32,000 nucleotides of DNA. Source: Halomicronema hongdechloris C2206 (lineage in GTDB: Bacteria > Cyanobacteriota > Cyanobacteriia > Phormidesmidales > Phormidesmidaceae). The stretch is taken from positions 1,320,001 through 1,352,000 of the forward strand of contig NZ_CP021983.2 of assembly GCF_002075285.3 (NCBI RefSeq). Reading direction: 5' to 3'. The notes under the pieces are model-generated. The model worked only from the letters and a program-made list of their open reading frames with translations, searched no databases and was not told where the DNA came from. A program made the translations under genes and the position numbers. Position 1 is the stretch's first letter. Each line of letters opens with the position of its first letter. Below are positions 7,286 to 15,793 of this stretch, in pieces.

Positions 7286-7316
7286 CTACTCACTACTCCT
7301 CTCTTCGCTACTCACG
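7286..7316. repeat. Half copy of the family B element, forming the last codons and the stop of MTase-1
   Basis: The sequence is ctactcactactcctctcttcgctactcacg. On the minus strand it encodes ...VSSEERSSE followed by the stop. Confidence 0.55.
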
Positions 7317-10300
7317 ATTTCTGACTCCCTCGGCGGATGCGCTACGCGAGGGTCGGCGGGGGGTGGGTCGAGGAGGGTTGGGTAGGGTTGGCCGCTGGCT
7401 ATGGCAGTAGCCATGGCGTCGTAGATTTGAAGGATGGTGTCTTTGGTGCGGTAGTGGCCGTGGGCTTTTTCGTCTTTGCGTTTGACTATGGGGAAGGTTT
7501 CCATGATGTAGTCAACGTCGTCGCGCTGGATGCCGTAGAGGTGGAAGTAGGCGGCGTCGAGTTCGCAGCGGAGTAGAAAGCGGCGGTCTTCGTCCCATTT
7601 GAAGGGTGGGCCTTCGTAGCCGCAATCTTGGGCAAAGGGTTGAAGGTCCCAAGCAGTGTATGTGAGTTCTAAAACATTCCCTGAAATAAAATCCTTCTGT
7701 TGCTGACTGTAAATTTGTGGTGGGACGATAGGTAACTGTTTGACAATATAAAAGTTTAGGTTCCCCCCACTTGCTTTTTGCTTGGCAACATAATCAAGAA
7801 CAAAAGAGTTGAGATTTGCGACTAGAAGACATGTTTCGAGAGGCTTTGTTTGAGAAAAGATCAGAGGCATTGAGTTTCCAACGCCAATCTTTGGAATAAT
7901 CGTGAAGGCGACGCTTCTAGCATCCGCAACAGCACTAATAGCATTGCGAAAACCAACTAACCATTCATGCTTCCAAAAATCAGGAATTTTTTCTTCAACA
8001 ACCTTTGATGGAACCCAATAGCGAGGCATAAAGTTCCATAATGGATTCTTCAAGTCTCCTTTAGTTGGTTTGTTCGTTTTTGCTCGTGTTCCATACATCT
8101 GATTCTCTGGAATTCCTGTGAATGTGGCTCCACGATGATTAAAAATTTGCGCAAATTTGGATTCGTATAAAGGTAAATATGTTGTTCCAGAACTAACGAA
8201 TGAATTGCTCTCAATACTAAATCTTTCCGCTTTTAACTGGCCTTGCGTTCGGAAGTGGCTGGAATCATTTGTCATATGCAGCATTCCAAGAAAAGAAACG
8301 CTCCAAGGATTATCATATGGATTCTCATTTAGTAAAACTGGAATCTTGGAATATATAGATTTAATCCTTTTTGCATCTCCGGCAGAAATAAAGATAGGAA
8401 GATTTTGGGTGTTTGGGTTTATCCGCAGAATATCTTCTCGACTTAGAACATATACTCTTTCTTTTTCCTTTAAATGATCAACCTGCCAAGCCTGAGCAGC
8501 CAAATGAAATTCTTCATCAAAGGACTTTGATATTGTCAGCAGAGAAAATGAAAATGTGCTCTCTGTACCATTAAAAAGGTAGCCTCTATTAGTAAAATCG
8601 AAGAAGCTAACCAATGTACCTTTTTTGATTATTTCTTGAATAAAGACTTTGTTTGAATCGTCGGTGGCTATTCCAGAAGGAACGACACATCCTAAATAGC
8701 TTTTACTTCCAATAATGAGATACATCGTTTCGGTGAAGATGGTATAAGTGTTAATATCTCCACGTCCACATAGGGGGTATCGCCCTGAGTCGCGGACTAT
8801 TAAACTTTCTCCTTCTGCTTGCCGACAAGCAGCTTTGAATAGATGAAATAATTCAGGATCTTCTTGCTCTAAATCAGCAATCTTCCTACGCCGAGTCGCG
8901 GCGTTTCTAGCTTTTGATATATCTGGTCTTCGAGATGCAAACCATTCTTTTTCCTGAATCTTGATGCGTTCCCAGGGTGGATTCCCCAGCACCACATCAA
9001 ATCCCCCATCCCAACCAGGTTCAAGGCTTTCCTCATCCTCCGATTCCCGACTCTCGACTCCCGACTCCCCATTCCTTACCTGAAATACATCCGGAAACGC
9101 CAAGTGCCAATGGAAAAACTGGTACTGATCCCTCAGTCGCTCCACCTCATCCCGCATCCACTTATCCACACTATGGGGATTCCGCTCAATTCGCCGGAAC
9201 ACTTCTTCGGTGATGGGGTAGGGAAAACCAGAAGGGGGTGTAGAGCGAGTAGAGGAGTAGGGAGTAGCGAGTAGTGATTCTTGAGAACCTTCTACTCCTC
9301 CATTCGCTATTCCTCTATTCGCTTCCTCACCAGAAGGAGGGCGCTTGAGCCAGACAAAGGCTGCACACCAGGCATCCGCCCAAAACCGGCTGAATAGGTA
9401 AGGCGTAGACTGCACCATCGCCTCATACTGCTGCCGCTTGCGCTGCACCCCGGCATAGTCATCATCCGAAATGTCATCCACCTGGGCCATGCTCGTCGCC
9501 AGATCGCCCAGGCGCTCCCACGGTTGCAGGTCTGGCGTCAGCAGACTCAATTGCCCCTTACGCTCCTCTTTGTTCTGCTTCTTGTACTTGCTGCAATAGG
9601 CTTTGTCGTCCCCCTCAATAGGCTTAAACGCATCATCGGGAATGCCCTGACGCAGCAATGCCGGAGTTGCCCCCAGCAGACTGTTGCCACACTGAATATG
9701 GTGATCCAAAAACGACAGCGGCTTCCCTGGCTCTAGCGCCTCCATCCACAGGGCCACCTTACACAGCTCCACCGCCATCGGGTTCACATCCACCCCATAA
9801 ATGCAGCGGCCAATGACATCCCGCAGCGCCGTCTGGGTGGCCTCTGGGGCAGGTTCTTCATCGCCCGTGCGCACAAACGCCAACCGCTTTGCCAGCCGAT
9901 GGGCGGCGGCAATTAAGAAATGGCCACTCCCGCAGGCCGGGTCGCAGATTTTGAGGTTGAGCAGAGCGGTTTCGGCATCCAGATCATCCGCTGCGACTGC
10001 TGAAGAGATCGCCTCATCCACGACCGGATCTAATGCCGAATCGAGCAGGCACTGCACCAGACTTTCAGGAGTGTAGTAGCTGCCGGTGGTCTTACGTTCA
10101 TTGCCGCTGGCGGTCTTGAGGGAAAAGGTGCCGGTGCTGATATTCAGTTCGGGGTGTAGCTCCAGCAGAGACTCATAAACACTGCCCAACTCCTCCGATT
10201 GCAGATTTTTGTAGTCCACCGGACGACGACCGTGCTTATCCAGAATGAAAGCCAGGGCACGGATAGCGTCGAGGAGATCGGTATTTGCGATTTGGCAAAA

Positions 10301-11557
10301 CTCGCCCTCACCCCCAGCCCCTCTCCCGTTCTGGGAGAGGGGAGTTTGAGAGTCTTGTCCCCCTTCTCCCAAATTGGGAGAAGGGGTTAGGGGATGAGGG
10401 GAATTCCCCAACAAATCCGCTACGGCATCGCTCGACCAGAGGAAACTGCCCAAAGCCGGTAGCGCCAGTTCAGGGCAGCCGTGCTCACTGCCCAGCTTTT
10501 CCATCACCAGGCGCAGACCGTGAAACAGGTCGCTGTGGCGGGTGCCCCGACGCTTTTCTGCCAGAGTGCGCAAGCGAGCGGTGGAGTAGTAGAGGGTGTA
10601 GCGATCCTTCGCGGCGGGTGTAGCGTTGGGATCGAGCAGCAGTTCCCGGTCTTCGGCGACGAACAGAAACAGCAGGCGGTAGACCAGCCGCAGTAGTTGG
10701 CGGTAGTAGTCTTGGGTTGCCAGCTCCCCAGACTGGAGCTTTTGCCGCAAGGTACGGTTAGCCGAGTGGGTCAAAAAGCCCTGACCCAGGGATGCGATCG
10801 CAGTCTCCACCCCATCTCGCAGGGCCTCCAAAGCTCGCTTGCCCTGATCGTTCGCCGTCTTCGACCAGACCTCAAGCCAGCACTGTTCGGGCTTTTCCGC
10901 TTCTACCCGTGACTGGTGACACAGCAGCCACAGCAACACAAAGTCGGCATAGACCTCCCCGGCCATCATGGCTTCCAGGTCAAACTCCACATAAGCCTGG
11001 CGGGTAAGGCTGGCATTGTCTCGCAGAATCCGCAGCCGTCGCCCATTGGAGACAAACGCCCACAGGTGATCATCCGAACGGTTCAAAAACTCCTGCACCA
11101 GACTGTGGGGACTGCTACGGGCGGCTCCGGCAACCCCAGCGGTGCGCTTGTCCAGATCTACGCGGTAGCCCACCAGATGAATCGGCGTGTTTTGCCAGAG
11201 ATGGGAGATGGGGTAAGCCTTGCCCTCAATTTCGATGGCGCGGGTGGTGGTCAGCCGTCCGTAGCCCAGCTCCTGGAAAAGCGGCAAGAGGATGCGATCG
11301 CGGGTCACTTTGGTGGCTGCGTCAGACTCGGGCAGCCTTTCTAACGCCCCTTGAAAGCTAGCCCAGGCTCCACGCAAACGACTCCAGGAACGGTTGATGG
11401 CTTCGTTGAGCTTTTCCCCTTCCAGCAGGTGATAAGCGGCTGGGGTGAGTCCGTCGAGGTCGTTATCGTTATCCACAATCCGCTGCAGCAGGTCGGTGGG
11501 GAGAATGGCCCCTTCGGCTCGGACGGTGGTGAAGATGTTTTTGGCTCGAACTTTCAT
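7286..11557 (-). CDS. Large N6-adenine DNA methyltransferase, PglX/DrmMI/Eco57I-like gamma class (1423 aa), here called MTase-1
   Basis: Motifs read [20 protein letters not shown] (motif I), [22 protein letters not shown] and [11 protein letters not shown] (motif IV NPPW, nt 8972-8983). It is paralogous to the next gene along almost its whole length. Confidence 0.85.
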   Translation of the reverse strand: MKVRAKNIFTTVRAEGAILPTDLLQRIVDNDNDLDGLTPAAYHLLEGEKLNEAINRSWSRLRGAWASFQGALERLPESDAATKVTRDRILLPLFQELGYGRLTTTRAIEIEGKAYPISHLWQNTPIHLVGYRVDLDKRTAGVAGAARSSPHSLVQEFLNRSDDHLWAFVSNGRRLRILRDNASLTRQAYVEFDLEAMMAGEVYADFVLLWLLCHQSRVEAEKPEQCWLEVWSKTANDQGKRALEALRDGVETAIASLGQGFLTHSANRTLRQKLQSGELATQDYYRQLLRLVYRLLFLFVAEDRELLLDPNATPAAKDRYTLYYSTARLRTLAEKRRGTRHSDLFHGLRLVMEKLGSEHGCPELALPALGSFLWSSDAVADLLGNSPHPLTPSPNLGEGGQDSQTPLSQNGRGAGGEGEFCQIANTDLLDAIRALAFILDKHGRRPVDYKNLQSEELGSVYESLLELHPELNISTGTFSLKTASGNERKTTGSYYTPESLVQCLLDSALDPVVDEAISSAVAADDLDAETALLNLKICDPACGSGHFLIAAAHRLAKRLAFVRTGDEEPAPEATQTALRDVIGRCIYGVDVNPMAVELCKVALWMEALEPGKPLSFLDHHIQCGNSLLGATPALLRQGIPDDAFKPIEGDDKAYCSKYKKQNKEERKGQLSLLTPDLQPWERLGDLATSMAQVDDISDDDYAGVQRKRQQYEAMVQSTPYLFSRFWADAWCAAFVWLKRPPSGEEANRGIANGGVEGSQESLLATPYSSTRSTPPSGFPYPITEEVFRRIERNPHSVDKWMRDEVERLRDQYQFFHWHLAFPDVFQVRNGESGVESRESEDEESLEPGWDGGFDVVLGNPPWERIKIQEKEWFASRRPDISKARNAATRRRKIADLEQEDPELFHLFKAACRQAEGESLIVRDSGRYPLCGRGDINTYTIFTETMYLIIGSKSYLGCVVPSGIATDDSNKVFIQEIIKKGTLVSFFDFTNRGYLFNGTESTFSFSLLTISKSFDEEFHLAAQAWQVDHLKEKERVYVLSREDILRINPNTQNLPIFISAGDAKRIKSIYSKIPVLLNENPYDNPWSVSFLGMLHMTNDSSHFRTQGQLKAERFSIESNSFVSSGTTYLPLYESKFAQIFNHRGATFTGIPENQMYGTRAKTNKPTKGDLKNPLWNFMPRYWVPSKVVEEKIPDFWKHEWLVGFRNAISAVADARSVAFTIIPKIGVGNSMPLIFSQTKPLETCLLVANLNSFVLDYVAKQKASGGNLNFYIVKQLPIVPPQIYSQQQKDFISGNVLELTYTAWDLQPFAQDCGYEGPPFKWDEDRRFLLRCELDAAYFHLYGIQRDDVDYIMETFPIVKRKDEKAHGHYRTKDTILQIYDAMATAIASGQPYPTLLDPPPADPRVAHPPRESEIVSSEERSSE
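9045..9070. repeat. Short tandem heptamer repeat (tcccgac tctcgac tcccgac tcccc) inside MTase-1
   Basis: Read directly from the sequence. It encodes part of [11 protein letters not shown] just upstream of motif IV. MTase-2 has no equivalent sequence. Confidence 0.6.
9241..9326. repeat. MITE-like palindromic element, family B (gcgagtag / ctactc type), in frame inside MTase-1
   Basis: The sequence reads gcgagtagaggagtagggagtagcgagtagtga...ctactcctccattcgctattcctctattcgcttcc. It translates as [30 protein letters not shown], which is absent from MTase-2. Confidence 0.7.
10304..10401. repeat. MITE-like palindromic element, family A (GC-rich, two internal hairpins), in frame inside MTase-1
   Basis: The terminal inverted repeats are gccctcaccc...ggggatgagggg. 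The internal hairpins are cccctctccc-gttct-gggagagggg and cccttctccc-aaatt-gggagaagggg. The element translates as [34 protein letters not shown], which is absent at the aligned position of MTase-2. Confidence 0.75.
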
Positions 11558-11619
11558 AACAGAGGAGATGGTGCGAGAGCGGCAGACTGGTGGCAGACGA
11601 TCCAGAGTGGCGAAGGGGA

Positions 11620-11654
11620 GCCCTCACCCTAGCCCTCTCCCGAGGGGAGAGAGG
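11620..11654. repeat. Half copy of the family A element at the 3' end of MTase-2
   Basis: The sequence gccctcaccctagccctctcccgaggggagagagg matches the left half of the 12215 copy almost exactly. It contains the MTase-2 stop codon (11629-11631). Confidence 0.7.
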
Positions 11655-14600
11655 ACAAGAGATTCGGCGGTAGGCCAAGATTACTATGGTAGGCAACCCC
11701 TGACTTCATTGCTGCTGCTAGCTGATCATAGATTCGCAGGATGCGGTCCTTGGTCTGGAAGCTGCCGAACTTTTGCCGGTCTTTACGCTTCACAATAGGA
11801 AAACTCTCCAGCATGAAGTCCACATCCTCTCGCTGGATGCTGTAGAGGTGGAAGAACGCTGCATCGAGTTCAGCCTGGAGCCATGAGCGGCGATCGGGAT
11901 TCCAGGGGAAGGGCGCGGCCTCGTAGCCACAGTCTTTCGCGAAACCCTGTAAATCCCAGGCGGTGTAGGTCAGTTCCAGAACCCGAGGTAAAATCCAGTC
12001 TTCTACGGTAAGGGTGGTATCCCAGGGACAGGGCTGCTGATAGGTAGAGGGAGGCAGGGTCGGTAGTTGGCGAACGATGTAGTCAGACAGATGATTGCCG
12101 GGGGTGCTCTGGCGGCAGAAGAAGTCGAAGCAGAAGCTGTTCCAGTTAGCGAGCAGACTGAGCAGGGTGCTGATTTCTGAATGGGAAGAGTTTTTTGGCT
12201 CAGTTGCCTCTGTCGCCCTCACCCTAGCCCTCTCCTGTGGGGAGAGGGAACTGGAGGTGGATTGGCTCCCCTCTCCCAGAGGTAGAGGGGTTGGGGGTGA
12301 GGGAGGGTTGTAGTCGTCCAAAAACACCACCCGAATGCTGCATAATACCGCTGTTTTCGGCAGAACGCAGGCAATCATGGTGCGGGTGTTGGTGGCGCTG
12401 GTGACATCCTTAAACCCCATCAGCCATTGGTAGGGGTAGCCCTTGGGGATTCGCTGAGCTGTGTCCTGGGGAGAGGCCCAATAACGGGACTGGGCCAGGA
12501 AGTAGGGATCGGTGCGCGCTTCATCGGAAATAGCGATGCTGACGCCAGTGCGAAACATGTTTTTGTCGGTAATACCGGCTGAGCCTTCCCGATGGTTGAA
12601 GCTGCTGATCATGCGGGCTTCGTAGCAGCGGATGAGGTCCGTCTGATCGGGGTCAACGGAGGTGGCAGGCTTGAGCAGGCCGATATCGGCTGTCTGACTG
12701 AAAAGTCCCTGGGTGATGCGTAGCTGCCAGCGATCGCCCTGGTGATCTGACTGCCCCAGCACGGGAATGGTCTGGTAGACCTGCCTGGTAATGGCAAATT
12801 CCCGTTGTGATCGGAAGGTGAGACAGGTCTTGGTGCCGGGGTTGAGCAAGTTAATGTCGTCGAGGGTGAGATGGATGTGGCGATCGCTCTGAGCCAAATC
12901 TTCGATGCGGTGGGCGAAGAACACAAAGTCGGCTTGCTCCATGGGTTGCTGACTACCGGAGAGGGTCATCAGGGCAAACCGCATCCGGGAGTCTACGGCG
13001 GGGAAGAAGATTTTGGCCCGGTTCTCAAAGTCGTAGTAGCTGACCAGAGCCTTCGACGCCATCAGATCCTGGAAGAAATATTTGGTGGTATCGGCAGTGG
13101 CCATACTGGAGGGCACAATGCAGCCGAGCCGTCCGTTAGGCTGCAGCAGTAGGCGGTTGATTTCGGCAAAAATAGCAAAGGTATTGATGTCGCCCCGACC
13201 ACAGAGGGGATACTTGCCTGAATGGTGGATGAAGTGGCTTTCCCCATCAGACTGGCGGCAGCGCTCTATGAACTGAAGGTAGAGATAGGGATCTTCCGTC
13301 TTGAGGGCCTGAATCTTCCGCTTTCGTTCCGTCGCATTCACGGCATTGGAAATATCGGGGCGATGGGCAGCAAACCATTCTCGCTCCTGGACTTTGATAC
13401 GCTCCCAGGGAGTATTGCCCAACTCCACATCAAAGCCGCCAGACCATCCAGCTTGTTCGTTTTCAACGGCTTCAGCTTGTTTGGGAACACGAAAAATATG
13501 GGCAAAGGCAACATGCCAATGGAAGAAATGGTACTGAGCTTGGAGGCTTTCTACCTCTCCCCAGAGCCAATCAGCCGCATTGTAGGGATTCTGCTTAATC
13601 TTGCGGAACACTTCTTCCGTCAGCGCATAGTCAAGTTCTGGCGTTTTGCGCCAAACAAAGGCAGCACACCAGCTGTCGGCTCGAAATCGGCTGAAGCGGT
13701 ACTCGATGGAAGCGAGAAGTTCTTGGTATTTCCGTTGCTTGAGCTGTACCTGGGCGATGGATTCATCGGGGATACCATCCAGCTCGGCCATCTGAGCAGC
13801 TAGTTCTTCAAGCTGTTGCCAGGGTTGATGTTCTGGGGCATAGGCGGCCACATCCTCCAGCCATCCCCAGGGGCGTGTGGAAGGATCGACTAGAGTGAGC
13901 TGGGCTTGCTCGCGTTCCCGTTTGTTTTGACGTTTGAGGTCGCGGCAGAGAGCTTTGTCGTCCCCTCGGATGGGCTTAAAGGCATCATCGGGAATGCCAC
14001 TGGCCATCAGAGCAGGGGTGGCCCCAATCAGAGAATTGCCCCATTGAATATGGTGTTCCAGGAAGGGCAGCGGTTTCCCCGGTTCCATAGCCTCCATCCA
14101 CAGGGCCACCTTACACAGCTCTACCGCCATACGGTTCACGTCTACCCCATAGATGCAGCGGCTGATGACCTGGCGCAGGGCGGTGCGGACGGCATCCAGC
14201 CCTGGCTCTTCTTCTCCAGTGCGAAGGGTAGCTAATCGCTTGGCCATGCGCTGGGCCGCAGCGGTTAGGAAGTGGCCGCTACCGCAGGCGGTGTCACAAA
14301 TTTTGAGGTTGAGAATGGCGGCTTCTGGGTCTGGCTGGCGAGCAGCCTTGTCTAGAACTGGATCCAGGGTGGTTTGGAGCAGGGTCTGAACCAGGCTTTC
14401 GGGGGTGTAGTAGCAGCCGGTGGTCTTACGGCTATTGCCCTCGGCGGTCTTAAGCTTGAAAGTTCCGGCATCAATGTTGAGTTGGGGATGCAGCTCCAGC
14501 AAGGATTCGTAGATGCTTCCCAGCTCGCGGGATTGGAGGTTTTTGTAGTCTACGGGGCGTCTGCCGTTGCGATCGCAGATGAACGCCAGCGCCCGAATCG

Positions 14601-15777
14601 TTTCCAGTAAGGCTGAGTTGGCGAGTTGGCAGTCGTCAAGTGCAGGAGTGGCCTCGTTCGACCACAGGAAACTGCCCAAAGCGGGAAGCCCTAATGCGGG
14701 GCACCCCTCATGCCCCAAATGCTGCATGACAACCTGAAGCCCCTGGTAAAGGTCATGGTGACGGGTCCCACGATGGCGATCGGCTAGGGAGCGCAGACGA
14801 TTGACGGAGTAGTAGCGCTGATATCTTTCCTTAGCTTCGGATGAAGCAGCGGGGTCTAGCAAAACATCCCGATCTTCAACCACAAACAGAAATAGCAAAC
14901 GGTAAACCAGCCGCCTGAGCTGGTGGTTATATTCCTGAGCCGACAGTACTCCAGTTTGCAGCAGCCGACGCAACTCCTGATTCGCAGGGTGGGATAGGAA
15001 TCCCTGCCCTAGCGTCGAGATGGCGACTTCTACCCCTTTGCGGAGTTGCTCCAGTGCCCGCGTGCCTTGGGAGTCCGCAACCTGAGACCACTTTTCCAAC
15101 CAGCACCTGCTAGGCGACTCTGATTCTACCCGCGATTGATGACACAGCAGCCAGAGCAGCACGAAATCAGCGTAGACTTCACCGGCCATCATGGCTTCCA
15201 GGTCGAACTCGACGTAGGCTTGCCGGGTCAAGCTGGCGTTGTCACGCAGGATGCGAAGTCTATGGCCATTGGCAAGGAAGGCCCAGAGATGCTGGTTGGA
15301 GCGATTAAGTAGCTCTTGCACCAGGCTATGGGGGCTACTTTTAGCCGCACCAGCAATCCCGGCGGAGCGTTTATCCAGGTCTACTCGGTAGCCTACGAGA
15401 TGAATAGGCGTATGGTGCCAGCCGTGGGAGATGGTATAGCGTTTGCCACCTACTTCGATCTCTGGGGCGGGGGGCAGGCGACCGTAGCCTAGCTCTTGAA
15501 ATAGCGGGAGTAGAAATTTTTCACGGGTCAAGCGGGTAGCGGCATCGTCTAAGGAGAGTTGGGTCAGGGCATGTTGGAAGTTGACCCAGGCACCACGCAG
15601 TCTACTCCAGGAGCGGTTGATGGCTTCGTTGATGCGATCGCCTTCCAGCAGGTGGAATGATTTGGCATCCAGCCCATCCAGGTCTTTATCTCCACTCACA
15701 ATCCGCTGGAGCAGGTCACTGGGGAGAATGGCTCCTTCTGAACGGACAGTGGTGAAGATGTTCCTGGAATGGCGCAT
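11629..15777 (-). CDS. Large N6-adenine DNA methyltransferase paralog (about 1382 aa from the ATG at 15777), here called MTase-2, with non-canonical motifs I and IV
   Basis: Same architecture as MTase-1: [42 protein letters not shown] and ELGNTPWERIK (nt 13405-13416). The track start is a TTG at 15783. The ATG at 15777 gives MRHSRNIFTTV, parallel to [12 protein letters not shown] in MTase-1. Confidence 0.85.
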   Translation of the reverse strand: MRHSRNIFTTVRSEGAILPSDLLQRIVSGDKDLDGLDAKSFHLLEGDRINEAINRSWSRLRGAWVNFQHALTQLSLDDAATRLTREKFLLPLFQELGYGRLPPAPEIEVGGKRYTISHGWHHTPIHLVGYRVDLDKRSAGIAGAAKSSPHSLVQELLNRSNQHLWAFLANGHRLRILRDNASLTRQAYVEFDLEAMMAGEVYADFVLLWLLCHQSRVESESPSRCWLEKWSQVADSQGTRALEQLRKGVEVAISTLGQGFLSHPANQELRRLLQTGVLSAQEYNHQLRRLVYRLLFLFVVEDRDVLLDPAASSEAKERYQRYYSVNRLRSLADRHRGTRHHDLYQGLQVVMQHLGHEGCPALGLPALGSFLWSNEATPALDDCQLANSALLETIRALAFICDRNGRRPVDYKNLQSRELGSIYESLLELHPQLNIDAGTFKLKTAEGNSRKTTGCYYTPESLVQTLLQTTLDPVLDKAARQPDPEAAILNLKICDTACGSGHFLTAAAQRMAKRLATLRTGEEEPGLDAVRTALRQVISRCIYGVDVNRMAVELCKVALWMEAMEPGKPLPFLEHHIQWGNSLIGATPALMASGIPDDAFKPIRGDDKALCRDLKRQNKREREQAQLTLVDPSTRPWGWLEDVAAYAPEHQPWQQLEELAAQMAELDGIPDESIAQVQLKQRKYQELLASIEYRFSRFRADSWCAAFVWRKTPELDYALTEEVFRKIKQNPYNAADWLWGEVESLQAQYHFFHWHVAFAHIFRVPKQAEAVENEQAGWSGGFDVELGNTPWERIKVQEREWFAAHRPDISNAVNATERKRKIQALKTEDPYLYLQFIERCRQSDGESHFIHHSGKYPLCGRGDINTFAIFAEINRLLLQPNGRLGCIVPSSMATADTTKYFFQDLMASKALVSYYDFENRAKIFFPAVDSRMRFALMTLSGSQQPMEQADFVFFAHRIEDLAQSDRHIHLTLDDINLLNPGTKTCLTFRSQREFAITRQVYQTIPVLGQSDHQGDRWQLRITQGLFSQTADIGLLKPATSVDPDQTDLIRCYEARMISSFNHREGSAGITDKNMFRTGVSIAISDEARTDPYFLAQSRYWASPQDTAQRIPKGYPYQWLMGFKDVTSATNTRTMIACVLPKTAVLCSIRVVFLDDYNPPSPPTPLPLGEGSQSTSSSLSPQERARVRATEATEPKNSSHSEISTLLSLLANWNSFCFDFFCRQSTPGNHLSDYIVRQLPTLPPSTYQQPCPWDTTLTVEDWILPRVLELTYTAWDLQGFAKDCGYEAAPFPWNPDRRSWLQAELDAAFFHLYSIQREDVDFMLESFPIVKRKDRQKFGSFQTKDRILRIYDQLAAAMKSGVAYHSNLGLPPNLLSSLPSGEG
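12215..12303. repeat. MITE-like palindromic element, family A, in frame inside MTase-2
   Basis: The sequence reads gccctcaccctagccctctcctgtggggagaggg...cccctctcccagaggtagaggggttgggggtgaggg. It translates as PPSPPTPLPLGEGSQSTSSSLSPQERARVRA, which is absent at the aligned position of MTase-1. Confidence 0.75.
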
Positions 15778-15793
15778 TATCAAACTCTAAACG

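Noticed and set aside
9524-11798. Many plus-strand track ORFs antisense to MTase-1 (for example 9801..10076, 10285..10623, 10916..11344, 11351..11632, 11445..11798)
   Set aside because: They lie opposite a 1423-aa ORF with clear MTase motifs. High GC suppresses stop codons on the antisense strand, and the translations are Arg/Pro/Gly-rich with no motifs.
10304-12303. GC-rich hairpin repeats, considered as a possible CRISPR array or as terminators
   Set aside because: There are only three copies. They are irregularly spaced (about 1.3 kb and 0.6 kb apart), differ in length and sit inside ORFs. They have no regular repeat-spacer structure and no U-tract. MITE-like elements explain them better.
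7286-15777. Interpreting the two MTases as a recent tandem duplication or an assembly artefact
   Set aside because: The aligned identical-protein block differs at 22 of 121 nucleotides, almost all at third codon positions. The C-terminal halves also differ strongly in sequence and GC content. These are old, distinct paralogs.
12871-15790. Plus-strand track ORFs antisense to MTase-2 (for example 13222..13803, 13906..14235, 14153..14389, 15581..15790)
   Set aside because: The same reasoning applies: these are antisense artefacts of a GC-rich long gene.
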